Shown: piece after piece, positions 39,973 through 52,942 of the stretch
How positions within the stretch are numbered: position 1 is the stretch's first letter
Layout of the letters: every line of letters starts with the position of its first letter
From: Tricharina praecox
Taxonomy: Eukaryota
Reading direction: 5' to 3'
DNA: 64,000 nt
NCBI RefSeq assembly: GCF_024521635.1
Contig: NW_026250431.1
Coordinates: 310,001-374,000, forward strand
Notes under the pieces: generated by a model
The model's database searches: none
The model's input: only the letters and a program-made list of their open reading frames with translations
Told to the model about the DNA's origin: nothing
Program-made: the position numbers and the translations under genes

Positions 39973-42960
39973 ATGGTCGACGCAAAAACCATGACGATGC
40001 AACAAGTGCTCGAGCGGCTCAACCGGCATCTCGAAGCGCTGCAAGCGTTCACGCCGACGCTCTCGATGCACGCCAAACTAACGGAGGAGCTAGTGCTACC
40101 GCTCACGATCCGCGACGAGGACGACTTCGTGCTGACGCGGCGCGATGGCCAGCCCGGTTACCGCGAATTCCAGATCGAGGCGCTCTACAATTCCCTCGAG
40201 ACCTTCGGAAAGTACGTCGAGGTAGCCTTGAATGCCTCGCACGCTTGTGTCCTTGAACGATCGGGTCGCGACGGGAAGGCGATGGGCGAGTGGATTGCGC
40301 TCAAGCAGGCTACTTACGAGGCCCTCGCTATTATCAGTCAGCGCGCCCTCAACGCCCGCGAGCAGAACAGCGACATCGCGAAGGCCTATAAGCGGCTCAA
40401 GGGCCTTGTGGATCTGGCGCTGGAGGAATTGCCTGACTTGATACTGCAAGTTCAAAGTTCGTAGTCCCTCCCATCCCTTTCCGGCCTCCCAATACGGGAA
40501 TCGAGTGATTCACATGAGCCGAGCTTTCTTGAGCTCGGCGTTGAGCACCGACGATCAAGTAGCCATACATCCGCCAACAGCCCCCTTTCCTCTTGCCAGA
40601 CCCAGATGAAGGACAGCGGGCGGTATCGGATCGGGTTTTGCAGGGGCGGGGGTGCTAAGTGGGCTTCGGTCCGGCTTGGTTCGAGCCGGCTCATGTGCAT
40701 CCATCACTCTCGGGCCGAGAAGCAAATTCGAAAGTTTTCCGTTTCGCTGACGCCGAGAGTAGAATTGGCGCAGAATCCAGGTTCGGATACGACTTTCGGT
40801 ACGGATAATAGTTCGGCAACGAAAAAACTCGTCGAGAATTTGAAGGAACAATTGAGGATACAGCAGCTGAAAACACCGCCGATGGTCGAAGCCGAGATCC
40901 TCGAGCTCCGTCAGCAACTCGACACGGCCAAAGTTCAGTTGGGGAAGTTCCACAAGATGCGTGCGGATATTCACGCAGTGGATAATCGAACCGAGGAGGA
41001 AAAAGGCATCCAGCACTTCAGGGACATCGCCCGTATCACCGAGCTGGAGCAGATGATCGCCAAATTGGAGAAGGATAACGCCAAATTGGAACAGCGCCAG
41101 GAAGCCAACAGTAAGAAAGCCACCTCGCGCGAATGCAAGATGGCCTTCCGGGAGCTGGACGATGTCCGGTATAACCAGTTGATCCCGGCGGTAATGGACG
41201 ATACGCGGACCAGCTTCCTGCTGCGATGGCAGCAACTTTGCGACCGGATAGCCACTTGGGCACAGGTGGGATATCATTACGCGCCGGAGGCAGAGCTGGT
41301 GACTATAGAGGACTTTATGACGATGACTTTAAGCGATGATAATTTGATGTGTATCTATGCCAGAGACATATCCGTGCGAAACGCAGCCTTCGTCGAACTC
41401 TATAACAGTAGTAGCAGACATCTTGTCATCCAAGGCCTAGTGCACCGCATTCTCCACGAAGAGGTTTTCGAGGGCGTCAAGAAATTCCTGAAGTTCGAAC
41501 TTTCAGAACCAACAGTGAGTTGGATGGACAAGCCGCAGCCAGTTTTGGGGTGGACTGGCGGCATGCGCAGACTCTATCAAGGGTCTAACAGGGAGCCCAA
41601 AAGTTGGAAGACACGAAAGTGGGAGGTCCTGACGGCAAAGAATCTCGGAGACACCAATACTGCAACCTTTGACCCGCTCAGTTATTCCGAGATAGATCTG
41701 CAAACGAAGGAACAACTCATGGCCAACAGCGCCGAGGAGCGCGAGAAGAAGAAAGCCCTGCGATACGATATCTTTACCGACATGGACACCCGTTTCCAGC
41801 ACAGTTTCGACCTGAAGGCGTTCCACCTGAACCGCGCAAGAATGATGAAGACCATCTTCCAGCTCGTCGAAGATCCCATGCGGCCGGACATGCTCCGCTG
41901 GCGAACTTCCGTCGTGCGGTTGATATTCGACACGGTCGAGCACGCGCGCATCGCGCACGACAAACTGATCCGGCGGTCGGCGCTTAAGTACGAGCTCTGG
42001 AACATCGTCAAGGACGCGCTGAACCTGGCCATCTCGATGCAGTGCCAACGTAAGTGCTGGTACACGCGCATGAAGCCGCCCGTGGATGACTATCAGTTCG
42101 AAGGGCGGGCGATGGTGGACGTGCGCGAAGAGCCGTGGCTAGGCGACGATCCCGAGATCGTTGCGATATTGGAACGGGCCAAGGAAATCAACCATATCCC
42201 ATGGGAGCTCTTTTCGATCGGAAAGGTGCAGTTGACGGTGACACCCGCGTTGTTCGTGCGCGGCGACGACGATGACTACAGCGCCGGAAGCGAAATTATG
42301 GTGGCCCCGGCTGGTGTCGTTCCACGCATTGGTTTGTTCTCCATTCCGTTCTGCGCTCCGCTGCTTTTCATTTCCACGAAACCGTGACTGACTGATGCCC
42401 TTTCAGGCGACATTCAGCAGATGAGGGCGTGGGTGCGAGAACAGGATATGGTGGACAAGGAGGACCGGGTGCAAAAATCAAAGTCTCTGGTCAAAATGTT
42501 GAATGAGGATCGGGAAAGAATGGAGCGAGAAGGAGCCAAGACCAAGGAATGGAACCCGTATCACGACCTCCGCGATGACGATGACATGACCGGTCCCACA
42601 GACCTCATCCCCTTAGGAATGGGCAAGGCGTGCGAGACGAAGGAGGGCAGGCTCAAGTGGGGGGAAAAGGAGAAGGCTGAGGCCCAGAAAGCACGAAAAC
42701 GTGCCAAGGAGAGGGGCAGGGAGGTCATGAATGAACTATTGGCGGAACATGGGGAGGAAGAGCGACGGAGGAGGCAGAAGAGGCAGAAGCCGTCGGTTCC
42801 GTTTCAGTACGAACGGACAATAGAGGAGAGAGAAGAGGAAGAGGAGAGGATCCTGTTGAAGGAAAGAGATAACGAGAAGGATAGGGATCACAAGTCGCCC
42901 TGGCTACCCGTCGACCTGGGAGACGAGTATGATTTTACGAAAAAACCGGAGGATGAATGA
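39973..42960 (+). CDS. Large hypothetical coiled-coil protein, 3 exons (39973-40456, 40763-42331, 42407-42960)
   Basis: Introns 40457-40762 (GTTCGT...GCTGAC...TAG) and 42332-42406 join the three ORFs in frame. Heptad-rich ITELEQMIAKLEKDNAKLEQRQ; C-terminal ALNLAISMQCQR...VQLTVTPALFVRG; charged tail. Confidence 0.7.
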
Positions 42961-43396
42961 ATATGTGCGTGTATGAGGGAGGGACGAGAGTCGAGGTTTT
43001 ACACAGAAACGTCAGGGAAACAATTACAAGCTCAATTTGTATCGCATCTACCTGGCTTGGATACATAATGTACTCTAGCCATCCCCATCGAGAACGTGTG
43101 AGACGATACGTCTGATGATTCGCCAGTGACCAAATCCCCCTCCGCCAACCACGTTTTGTCGATCTTGGAGCGGGGGCACAGGAGCTTAATCTTCAAACCC
43201 ACGGCGTGTGTAAGGTAAAAGTGGCCAATCTAGCCCCAATGCATTCGCCCCTTCTTAGTTTCCATCATTCGTAAAAGTATGTAGGCCCAACCTAAGTTTA
43301 GAATCAGCCGTAGAAATCCGATAGGCGGCAAACATTCGACACTCCTCTACCCTCAGCCACCTGGTCCCCCCCCCCCCCCCCACTTCCCTTGTATTT

Positions 43397-44479
43397 CTAC
43401 TCCTCCCTCCATTTCAATGCATGAGGCCAGGTATCTTGTAGCTTGAGGTACGCAACCAGAGTGGCACACATGTATCTGGGATAGTCTCTGGCTACGACGA
43501 CAGCAGTGCCATTATTGCCGCCTGAGTATTCCGCGACCCTGGACACCAAAAACCTAGCATAAAACACGACTTGATCCGGCACGAGCTGGCGAGCGTCGGC
43601 CTCCTTCTTGACGATTGCTGAGAACTCGGGGCGCTGTGCGAGAGCATCGAGCGTGCGCTGCACTCCTTCCCCTTCGCCGTATGAGTACGGGACGTACTGG
43701 TTCAGCGAAGCGTGGAAGGCGATTCGTTCTGTTTATGCATACCTAGTTAGTGGGGGGGAGAGGGAAAATAGGAAAGGACAACAAACCGAGTGCCCCGCGC
43801 GTATTGAACTCGTTGTGAAGCCGCAAATGGTCTTCGAACAGCCGAAGCGCCTTGCCCCGCCAACAACATGTCAGAACCCCAGCCCAAGTGGTGGAATACA
43901 GCGCAGATAGGTATCGTACCTTGATCTGCTCGACCTCGCCCTGCCAACGGCATGTCAGAAACCCAACTCAAGTGGAGGAATACAGCGCAGATAGGTATCG
44001 TACCTTCATCCGCTCGACCAGGTCGGCCGCAGCAGCGTCTCCCCCTCGAAGACCCTCGTTACCGAGCGCGGCAATCCCCTCCCGGAGCCGGCGAAACCGA
44101 ACAATTGGGTCATCGAGCCAAGCCTGGACAATTCCGGTCCCGGGATCCTCGTGCGGCGTCGAGATATCTCCGCGCCGGTCGGTGTCGGTGTGGAGCTGGT
44201 TCATTTCTTTCACCAGTCATTAGCGGCCTGTCGGAGCCTCTCGAAGAGCTGGGGGTTGTGTCCGTGGGCCACGAAGAATAGCCTCCTGCCGGGATGATCG
44301 CTATATATTTCGTAGACTTTCGTCAGGTCAGGGCCCAGGTCGGGGTCCGAGTTTGAGCTACTCAGAAGACTGCGCTGAGGACGGTGAAGAGAACCACGGA
44401 ATTGAACAGGAACAGGACGGCGGAGGGACATGCGAAGAGAGCTGCGGAGCGCCTCTCCCAGCAAGAGATTTCCGAGCAT
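43397..44479 (-). pseudogene. Orphan-family gene copy A (mitochondrial-presequence-like N-terminus, ...YLKLQDTWPHALKWREE end), apparently frameshifted
   Basis: Clear paralog of 51837-52942; frame break near 44210; one intron acceptor reads CGG instead of CAG. Confidence 0.65.
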
Positions 44480-45394
44480 CGTGTAGGTAGGGTGAGGTGT
44501 GAGAATAGAGAGCGGGAAGGAAACGGAGGACTGATGATCAATCGTAATCGCTGGTTCGAAGGGCTCTGGATGGAAGGGAAGGAAAAATATGTCTGCTCGC
44601 TCGTATCTTTAATACCTGTAGGACGACGCTGTGGCTACTCACAATACTCACAATATCTTACTCACACGGAGACTCACTTCTCTGTGAGTGTGAGTGTTGA
44701 TTGTCACGTTTGGTTGGCTGTACCTACATATCTTATCACTCGTTTGTTCACTGTTTGTCACGTGCATGCTCCCTCTCGTTACATTTCGCTGTCGAGTTGG
44801 AGGGAGGGAGGCGGAAGGTGGTCCGGTCTAGTCCTCACGCGGAAATGGGTAGCAGCGGGTCGGACCTGGTCTTCATGCCGGACTTCACATGAGAAATCTT
44901 CTGAGCTGAACTGTAACTACTGGTGTGCGGAGCTAGATGTACTTCGGAGGTAACGGCTTCATTATCGTCATTATCTTCATATAGGAGGTAGCAGTTGTGA
45001 CCTGTGGGAGCGAAGAGGAGGATGAATGAGGGCTAAGAATGAAGAAGGGCTGAGAATGAATAAGGACGGCCCTGCAGGGACGAGGGCCTTTTAGCAGTGG
45101 CTGCTTCACCGTCACCACGAACTAGAAACAAACACGTAGTGCATCTGCGATATAACATGATACATTCGCAATTCGCAAATCCAACAGTCAATTCAACCCA
45201 ACAAGCAGCAGTCAGGAAAAGAAAAAAATATTGAAGCAAGCAAACAGAAGTCAGTCCTTGTGTACAGTTACCAACTCCCTCAATCCTCAAAATTCAGTGA
45301 TCCTCCAAATGCACCTCTCAAAAACACGTTCTTTTAACAGTACTATAACATTCTTCCCGAAACCCCCCTAGTGGACCAAAAGAAAACGCTACGC

Positions 45395-46397
45395 TTATGA
45401 GCTGCCGAGAGCCAGCTCCTTCTTGATCTATTGCGTCGCAGCACGTCAGAAATGATCTCCAGCAAGAGAGGGTGGAGGGGTGGAGGGGCGGAGGGGCGGA
45501 GGGGATTCTCACCTTGGCGATGGCCAAACCTGGGTTCAAGCCCTTGGGGCAAGTCCTTGCACAGTTCATGATGGTGTGACACCGGTAGACGGACATCTCA
45601 TTGTCGAGGGCGGCCTTCCGCTCCTCAGTGAACTGATCACGGGAGTCCGCGATCCACCTGTAGCTCTGCATAAGGACGGCGGGGCCGAGGTACTCGCTCG
45701 AGTTCCACCAGTAGGAGGGACACGAAGTCGAGCAGCACGCGCACAGAATGCACTCGTACATTCCGTCGAGCTTCTTGCGGTCGGCGATGCTCTGGATGTT
45801 CTCCTTCATCGGTGTGGGAGCATCCTTGCGCTGCAGATACGGCTTGATCGACTTGTACTGCTTGTAGAATTGCGTGAGATCGGGCACGAGGTCCTTCACC
45901 ACGTACGTGTGCGGGAGCGGGTAGATCTTGGTGGCGGTGGTAGTGTCGGATTCGATACGGCCTAAAAATCAAAGCGGTCAGCCCCCACGCCACCCCGAGA
46001 GTGTCAGAACAGGACAGGGACAAGACATACACAAGCAAGCCAATGTGTTGGTTCCTCCAATGTTCATCGCGCAACTTCCACAAATACCCTCTCTGCAGCT
46101 TCGTCTGAAGGTCAAGGTAGGGTCCATTTCGTTCTTCATGCGGATGAGCGCATCGAGCACCATGGGTCCGGTCTGATTGAGATCCAGCTCGTACTCCTGC
46201 ATGTACGGCTTCTTCTCGGGCTGATCAGGGTTCCAGCGGTAGACCTGGAACTTCTTCATGCGGGGGGCCTTGGACTCGGGGGTGGAGGGGGGTGCCTGCG
46301 AAGTCGCCACGGAGGCGAGGCCCCGGGTCGCAGCGGGGAAGGATGTGCGTGCGGCGGCGGCGCGAAGAGCGCTTCTCGAGAGGACGGAGGCCGACAT
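45395..46397 (-). CDS. SDH2: Succinate dehydrogenase iron-sulfur subunit, 3 exons
   Basis: [56 protein letters not shown]; last exon [10 protein letters not shown]. Confidence 0.98.
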
Positions 46398-47391
46398 TAT
46401 GTGTTGTATTTGTTCACGTTCAATAGAATATGTGTGGAAAGTGGGTGGAAGAGAAGCGAGTTGCGGGGCGGTGGTAGTGGGTTATATCGAACCCAATTCC
46501 CTTGTTCCGGACGATGACGATATCTGACGAAGAAAGGTGTGAAGGGGCGGTGGATTAGAAAGGAGAGGAGGGAAAGGTCGGTCGGTCGCTGTTGGAAGAG
46601 AAGGCAAAAGACACGGGAAGAGAAGGCAAAAGTCACGGCCAGAGATCGAGAACCGTAGTGCGATTGCCTCCGTCGATCTTCGGAACGGTGGGTTAACCTC
46701 GGTCGAGAGCGGGGGGTCACCCACCAATCACGGCGCCGCAATTGGAATAACTGGGGGCCGGAGGATCTGATTAGATACCGAGAAAGGGCACTCGACACGG
46801 GATGAACGGAACTGCGCAACGACGAAGAAGACTCAGCGAGACCCGGGACAGTCTCTACGGGACTCTAGGTTCGACCGGAACAATACCGCCACGGGCGAGG
46901 CGTTCACGGTGAGTAAGAATGCTGCCTTTTGCGGTCCGTGATGCTGAGAAAGCAGGCATCGACGCGTCCGACTTGCACATGTGATCACGTTCGAAGGCCA
47001 AGGAAAGCGTCGGCTGCGCCACTGCTCTTGTCCGATCCACAGCAACCCTCAAAGTCGGATAATCATTGGTGCCACATAACATAAGCACGGTGCGGAATAA
47101 GCATCGGGTTGCACGGGCAGGTCGCAGATTAGCGTCACGCTTCTCTTCTACTTCACGAAGGACAACTCGGTGCGATGGATAAGTGGCGATCGACAAGTGG
47201 CGATCGGCTTGTGCGTGCTGGCGGGGCCGGAGATAGAGTACCTACCACTCGGCATGTCCACCGACTACGGCTCTCGGTGAAAGGGCTGCGGATTCGGAGA
47301 TTTCAGGCACGCGTTCATCGACTGTCACTCGCAACTTTGCCACATTGTCCTTTTGTCACTGTATAGCTCTGTCACTCTGTCCCTCTGTCTT

Positions 47392-47470
47392 ATTGTCACA
47401 TGATCGTGTTGCCTCTCTATCCCTCGGTCTCTTGTCACATGATCGTGTTGCCTCTCTATCCCTCGGTCTC
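47392..47470. repeat. 39-bp direct tandem duplication in the SDH2/KEX1 intergenic region
   Basis: TTGTCACATGATCGTGTTGCCTCTCTATCCCTCGGTCTC occurs twice. Confidence 0.9.
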
Positions 47471-48094
47471 TCTCTCACTCTGTCGCGTTGCCCTTTTGTC
47501 ACTTTGCGACCGAAGGCTATCGACATAAACAACGGCTTTCTTTGGTGGCTTCGCTCGGTGTGAGTCCTGTTTCCTGAACGATCTGCTCCTGATCAGCTGT
47601 CGTGCCACGGGTTAGCACTCGACGAACCAACATGATTCGATAATTTTGGTTCGTGCAAGTCCTGGCGCCTGGCGGTAGTTATCTCGAGTAGAACCCAAGC
47701 GAGCCCGACGCCTCCTTGACGCTCGTTACCCATCCCGAAGCCCCCCATTCCGAGGCAGCTCATTCCGAAGCTACCCATCCCGACGCAGGGGGTGTTTTCG
47801 ATCGCCGCCAGTTTGATTTCTGCCGCGGCCGTCAACGCGACTCTGGCTGTCTGGGCGCCAAGCATCAGCTAAGAGGCCACGACGCCCTGCACGGACACCC
47901 AGGTGCAGCGAGGAAGTTATAGTTGCCGTCCAGTTGCAGCTCTTCCGACCGCTCTTCACCGGCCGATCGACATCTCTCCCCACCTTTTTCCCGTCCCCGC
48001 CTGGGAAAAGAAGCACAGTTACAGCTCTTGCTCCCCCACGAATCCGCGAAACTCGAACCGCTCTTGAAAGGCACGCGCCCAGACACCGCGAAGC

Positions 48095-50015
48095 ATGCGG
48101 TTCTCAATCGCGGGGCCGGCACTGCTCCTGCTGGCCGCCGGAGAGATTGCACTGGCGGCATCGGCCACCGCCGCAGATTACTTCGTCAGGAATCTTCCGG
48201 GGAAACCGAAGGACTCGCTCATTAAGATGCATGCTGGGTGGGTTCTCTCTGTCGGTGCGGCCGTGGTGATGGGGTGGTGGTAGCGGCGCCAGTGGTGGGG
48301 GGAGGGGGGAGCTTACTCTTAGCACCAGCTGACCCGCCGAGTGTGTTGCGTGCAGCCATATCGAAGTCGACCCAGAAAACAACGGCCACCTCTTCTTTTG
48401 GCATTTCCAGAACAAACATATCGCGCAACGGCAGCGGACGGTGATATGGCTCAACGGCGGGCCAGGCTGCTCCTCGATGGATGGAGCTCTGATGGAGATT
48501 GGGCCGTATCGCCTGAAGGATGAGAATACGTTGGTCGAGAATCCAGGGTCCTGGCATGAGTTTGCCAACGTGCTGTTCGTCGACCAGCCGGTCGGCACCG
48601 GGTTCTCGTACGTCAACACGGATCACTACCTCACCGAGCTCGACCAGATGGCGGATCAGTTTATGGTCTTCCTGACAAAGTTCTTTGAGCTGTTTCCCGA
48701 GTACGAGGAGGATGACATTTACATTGCTGGGGAGTCGTATGCCGGGCAACACATTCCCTACATCGCGGAAGCGATCCTGAAGCACAATGACAAGAGGGAC
48801 ACGACGAAGTGGAACTTGAAGGGGTTAGTCATCGGGAATGGCTGGATCGACCCGGAGCCCCAGTATCTTTCCTACACGACATTCGCGTACAAGCATGGAC
48901 TCCTCGTGAAGGACTCGAACAAGGCCAAGCTCATCGAGATGCAGCTGTCGATCTGCATGAAGGATCTTGCACGCGGCGGCGCGGATCACGTCGATACGCT
49001 GTCGTGCGAGAACGTGCTCAACGATATTCTCACCAAGACGCAGCACAAGAATGACAAGGGAGAGAACGTCTGCTGGAACATGTACGACGTCCGGAAAACC
49101 GATACCTACCCATCGTGCGGCATGAACTGGCCCCCGGATCTCTCGAGCGTCGGACCTTACCTCCGCCGCAAGGACGTGATCAAAGCCCTTCACATCAACT
49201 CCGACAAAAAGTCCGGCTGGGTCGAGTGTGCCGGAGCTGTCTCGTCGTCCTTCAAAGCCCGCCACTCCAAGCCCTCCGTCAAGCTCCTCCCCGGCCTCCT
49301 CGAGAAAATCCCAATAATCCTCTTCTCCGGCGACCAAGACCTGATCTGCAACCACATCGGCACTGAGGAGCTGATCAACAACCTCAAATGGAACGGCGGC
49401 AAAGGCTTCGAGCTTTCCCCCGGCAACTGGGCGCCCCGCGAGAACTGGATGTTCGAAGGCAAGCCCGCGGGTATATACCAGTCTGCGCGAAACCTCACCT
49501 ACGTGCTGTTCTACAACTCGTCGCACATGGTGCCGTTCGACGTTCCGCACGCCAGCAGGGACATGCTGGACCGGTTCATGGAGGTTGACATCGCCACCAT
49601 CGGCGGCGACCCGAAGGACTCACAGATCAACGGCCAGAAGGGCCCTCTGATCGCCGTGGGCAACCACCCGAACTCCACCGCGGCGAAGGAGGTCGAGAAG
49701 GCGCGGATTCAGGCGGCACGGTGGGACGCCTACTACCGCTCCGGCGAGGTGGCGCTGATACTCGTCGCCTCTGCCGCCGTCATCTGGGGGATCTTTATCT
49801 GGCGGCAGCGGCAGAAGCGGAACCGTCTCGGGTACAAGGGGGTGCGCAGCGATGTGGGGCTCGAGGACGGGCGCGAGTGGGACGAGGGCCAGCTCGAGGA
49901 CTTGGCGCCGCGGCGGGAACGGAGGAAGTCGCTGGACGAGGCGGAGAGGTACTCGCTCGGCGGCGAGAGCAGCGATGACGATGATCATCTCGGCAAGGGT
50001 AAGGGGAAGGCGTAG
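48095..50015 (+). CDS. KEX1: Pheromone-processing serine carboxypeptidase Kex1 (S10), 2 exons
   Basis: Signal peptide; intron 48238-48355; [50 protein letters not shown] followed by a TM helix and acidic tail. Confidence 0.95.
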
Positions 50016-50440
50016 TGTAGAGAGACCGGGTGTATGCGAGTGATTGATTGGTTGTGCGTTACTTTAACTTACTTTACTTTGCTTACTTTATGCATCGCTT
50101 TGCGTGTTGGAATCTTTTTCTTTGTCTCTGCTTCTTCGAGTTTCCCATCCATGTATTACATACACACACGCGACCGATGCAGTGCGACTTGCAAGGAAAT
50201 ACTTTTGGAATCGCTAGGGAGGGCGGACGGTGGTGATGAGATGTGGTGAACTACTGGGGTGCAGTGAATCATGCCATGCCCACGCGGGTTGGTCCGCCGG
50301 ATTGTCGCGGTAGAAATTGACGCGCTGAAACTTATGTACCTCCTGAGTACCTGCTGTTCGTTTGTGTACGGAAACCATACGAAAGCTAGGTATCGTCGGG
50401 CGAGGTTGGGCTGATGAGAGGGCCAGTCCGGACCGACCTA

Positions 50441-51091
50441 TGTAAAGTACCAGGTCAAAAGTTTTTGTACACCTCCCCAACAGCGCCACCACACCACAGA
50501 CATAAATCTCTCTAACACAACAACCACACATCAGAAAGTAGTAATAATTGACATATATCATGAATTCATACCGATAAAGCTTCAATGAGATTTCCAGCTC
50601 GCTAGTCTAATTATTTTATGCGAAGTAGGGTGGCTTGGCGGATTTCCCTTTTACCGAGGCAGGTCATTTCCCGCCATAGATACAGCAACCATAAGGTAGT
50701 GTAAAAATATGTACACCATTAGAAGGGCTTCTAAATCAGGTAGAAAACCTCGATTGAAATCGGCACATAATTCTAACTCGTGGTTGTTGAGTAATACCAT
50801 ATGGGAGAAAAGTTGGTGTTGAAACAGATTGTCACGCAATAATTTTGTATGGGGGCCCCATACAAAATCTGAAATCACTCTCCAACCCGTGTACAACACC
50901 AACCCAGGCGCCACCAATTCGAAGCGAAAGCCGTCAGAACTCTTATATGTGATGCATCTTGCGATTCTAAAGCTTCTATGAAAGACTTGATTTTTTTCCG
51001 CCACGTGAAGGGTGGGTTTTGGTTATTTGAAAATGGGCATTTTGGGTGTAAAACGGCCCCTGTACAAAAACTTTTGACCTAGTACTTTACA
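50441..51091. mobile_element. Non-autonomous TIR element (MITE-like), ~30-bp TIRs, TA flanks
   Basis: TGTAAAGTACCAGGTCAAAAGTTTTTGTACA versus TGTACAAAAACTTTTGACCTAGTACTTTACA (one mismatch); TA on both sides; AT-rich interior. Confidence 0.85.
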
Positions 51092-51836
51092 TACCAGGTA
51101 CCTGGGTGCGTTTCAAGAACGCCGACTGTAATTATGGCCTTACAAGACGTGGACGCCAACGTCGAGATGGTGGGACGGTGGGACGGTGAGATCTACCGGT
51201 ACCGTAGTTTCACTATGTATGATACTAGGTACCTGGTTCTGCACTCTTCTTCTTTCCATCAAGACTGTTCCCTGGATCCTTCCTACCTACTCAAGGTTTA
51301 TACTTTCTACTGAAGCAATAACCACGGTACTCAATTGCTGGCCTCCAAAACCCAAGGCCCTGGGGACACTCTGAAACCGCCTGCTAGATTTACTACACTG
51401 AAACCCTCAATCGGATGAGAGTAGAGACCCCACTCCCTGACTGCCGCCGGCTCATCCAACAGTGGCGTTCGGTGCACCTCCACCGCCACTTTCGGGATGT
51501 GAATACTTGTGAAGGTATGTCACGTAACGAGGGCTCCAGCGGGAAATCCCAAATCACAAACGACCTACCTACAGTACATACGGGATTCACGGTCAAATGA
51601 GAGAGCATATGACAAACCGTGCTGTGAGTACAATGTTGTGAGTATTGTGAGTAGCCTATGCTAGCGTCACCCTCGACCAGCTTCTTCCTATAGCTATTAA
51701 AGATGCGAACGAACGGACATATTCTTCCTTCCCTTCCATCCAGAGCCCTTCGAACCACGACTACGATCGATCATCAGTCCTCCGCTTCCTTCCTACTCTC
51801 GATTCTCACACCTCATCCTACCTAACTACCTATACG

Positions 51837-52942
51837 ATGTTCGGAAGTCTCTTTCTGGGAGGAGCTCTCCGCAGCTCTCTCCGCATGTCCCTACGCCGTC
51901 CTGTTCCTATTCCCGTTCCCCTCCGTAGATCTCTTCACCGTCCTCAGCACAATCTTCTGAGAAGCTCACACTGGATCACTGACCTGGACGCTGACCTGGA
52001 CGCTGACCTGGACGCTGCCCTGGTCGACTCCCACGAAGTTTTTGAGGGATATCCCGGCGAGAGCTACCTATACCTGCGCGGCTACAGATACAGATACGGT
52101 CCCGACCGGCGGTGTAATGATATCGAGATCGATATCTCGGTGGCGGACGTCAGCCGCTGCGAGGATACCAAGGAGGATACCGGAACTGAGGCCGAAGTTG
52201 AAGTTGTCAAGGCTCGGCCCGATGATGCAAGTGATAAGTTTAGCCAGCTCCATGCGGCGATTGCCGCGCTCGTTGGTGAGTGCCGTCAGGAGAGGGATGC
52301 TGCGCTCGTTGGCGAGTGCCGTCACGAGAGGGATGCTGCGCTCGTTGGCGAGTGCCGTCAAGAGAGGGATGCTGCGGTTGCACTGGGAGAGCATATCAAG
52401 GTCTGTACCTACCTATTCCCCTATGTACTTACGTTGAACGGGTTTCTGACATGTTATTGGTTGGCAGGGCGAGGCGCTTCGCCTGTTCGACGACAATCTG
52501 CGTCTCCGCAGCAAGTTCAATACGCGCGGTGCACTCGGTACGTAACATTTGTCCTTTCCTCCCCGTTCCTCTCTCCCACACACACTAAACCCATATTTCC
52601 AAACCAGAACGGATCGCCTTCCACGCCTCTCTGAACCAGTGCGTGCCGTACTCCTACGGGGAAGGTGAAGGAGTGCAGCGCACGCTCGATGCTCTCGCGC
52701 AGCAGCCGGGGTTCTCGGCAATCGTCAAGAATGAGGCCGACGCGAGACAGCTCGTGTCGGATCATGTCGTCGCTTGTGCGCGCTTTTTGGTCTCCGAGGT
52801 CGCGAAATACCTGGGCGGCAATGATGGCGTGGCGGTCGCTGTTAGAGCGAGGGATTACTCCAGACATGAGCTCACGGCGATCGTAGCGTATCTCAAGCTG
52901 CAGGATACTTGGGAGAATGCGTTGAAATGGAGGGAGGAGTAG
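51837..52942 (+). CDS. Orphan-family gene copy B (mitochondrial-presequence-like N-terminus), probably 3 exons
   Basis: MFGSLFLGGALRSSLRMSLRRP...; GT-AG introns near 52401-52467 and 52538-52607; last exon GVQRTLDALAQ...YLKLQDTWENALKWREE; internal 33-bp x3 and 12-bp x3 repeats. Confidence 0.65.

Noticed and set aside
46840..46885. GGTTCGA box-B-like motif as a tRNA
   Set aside because: No cloverleaf can be folded around it
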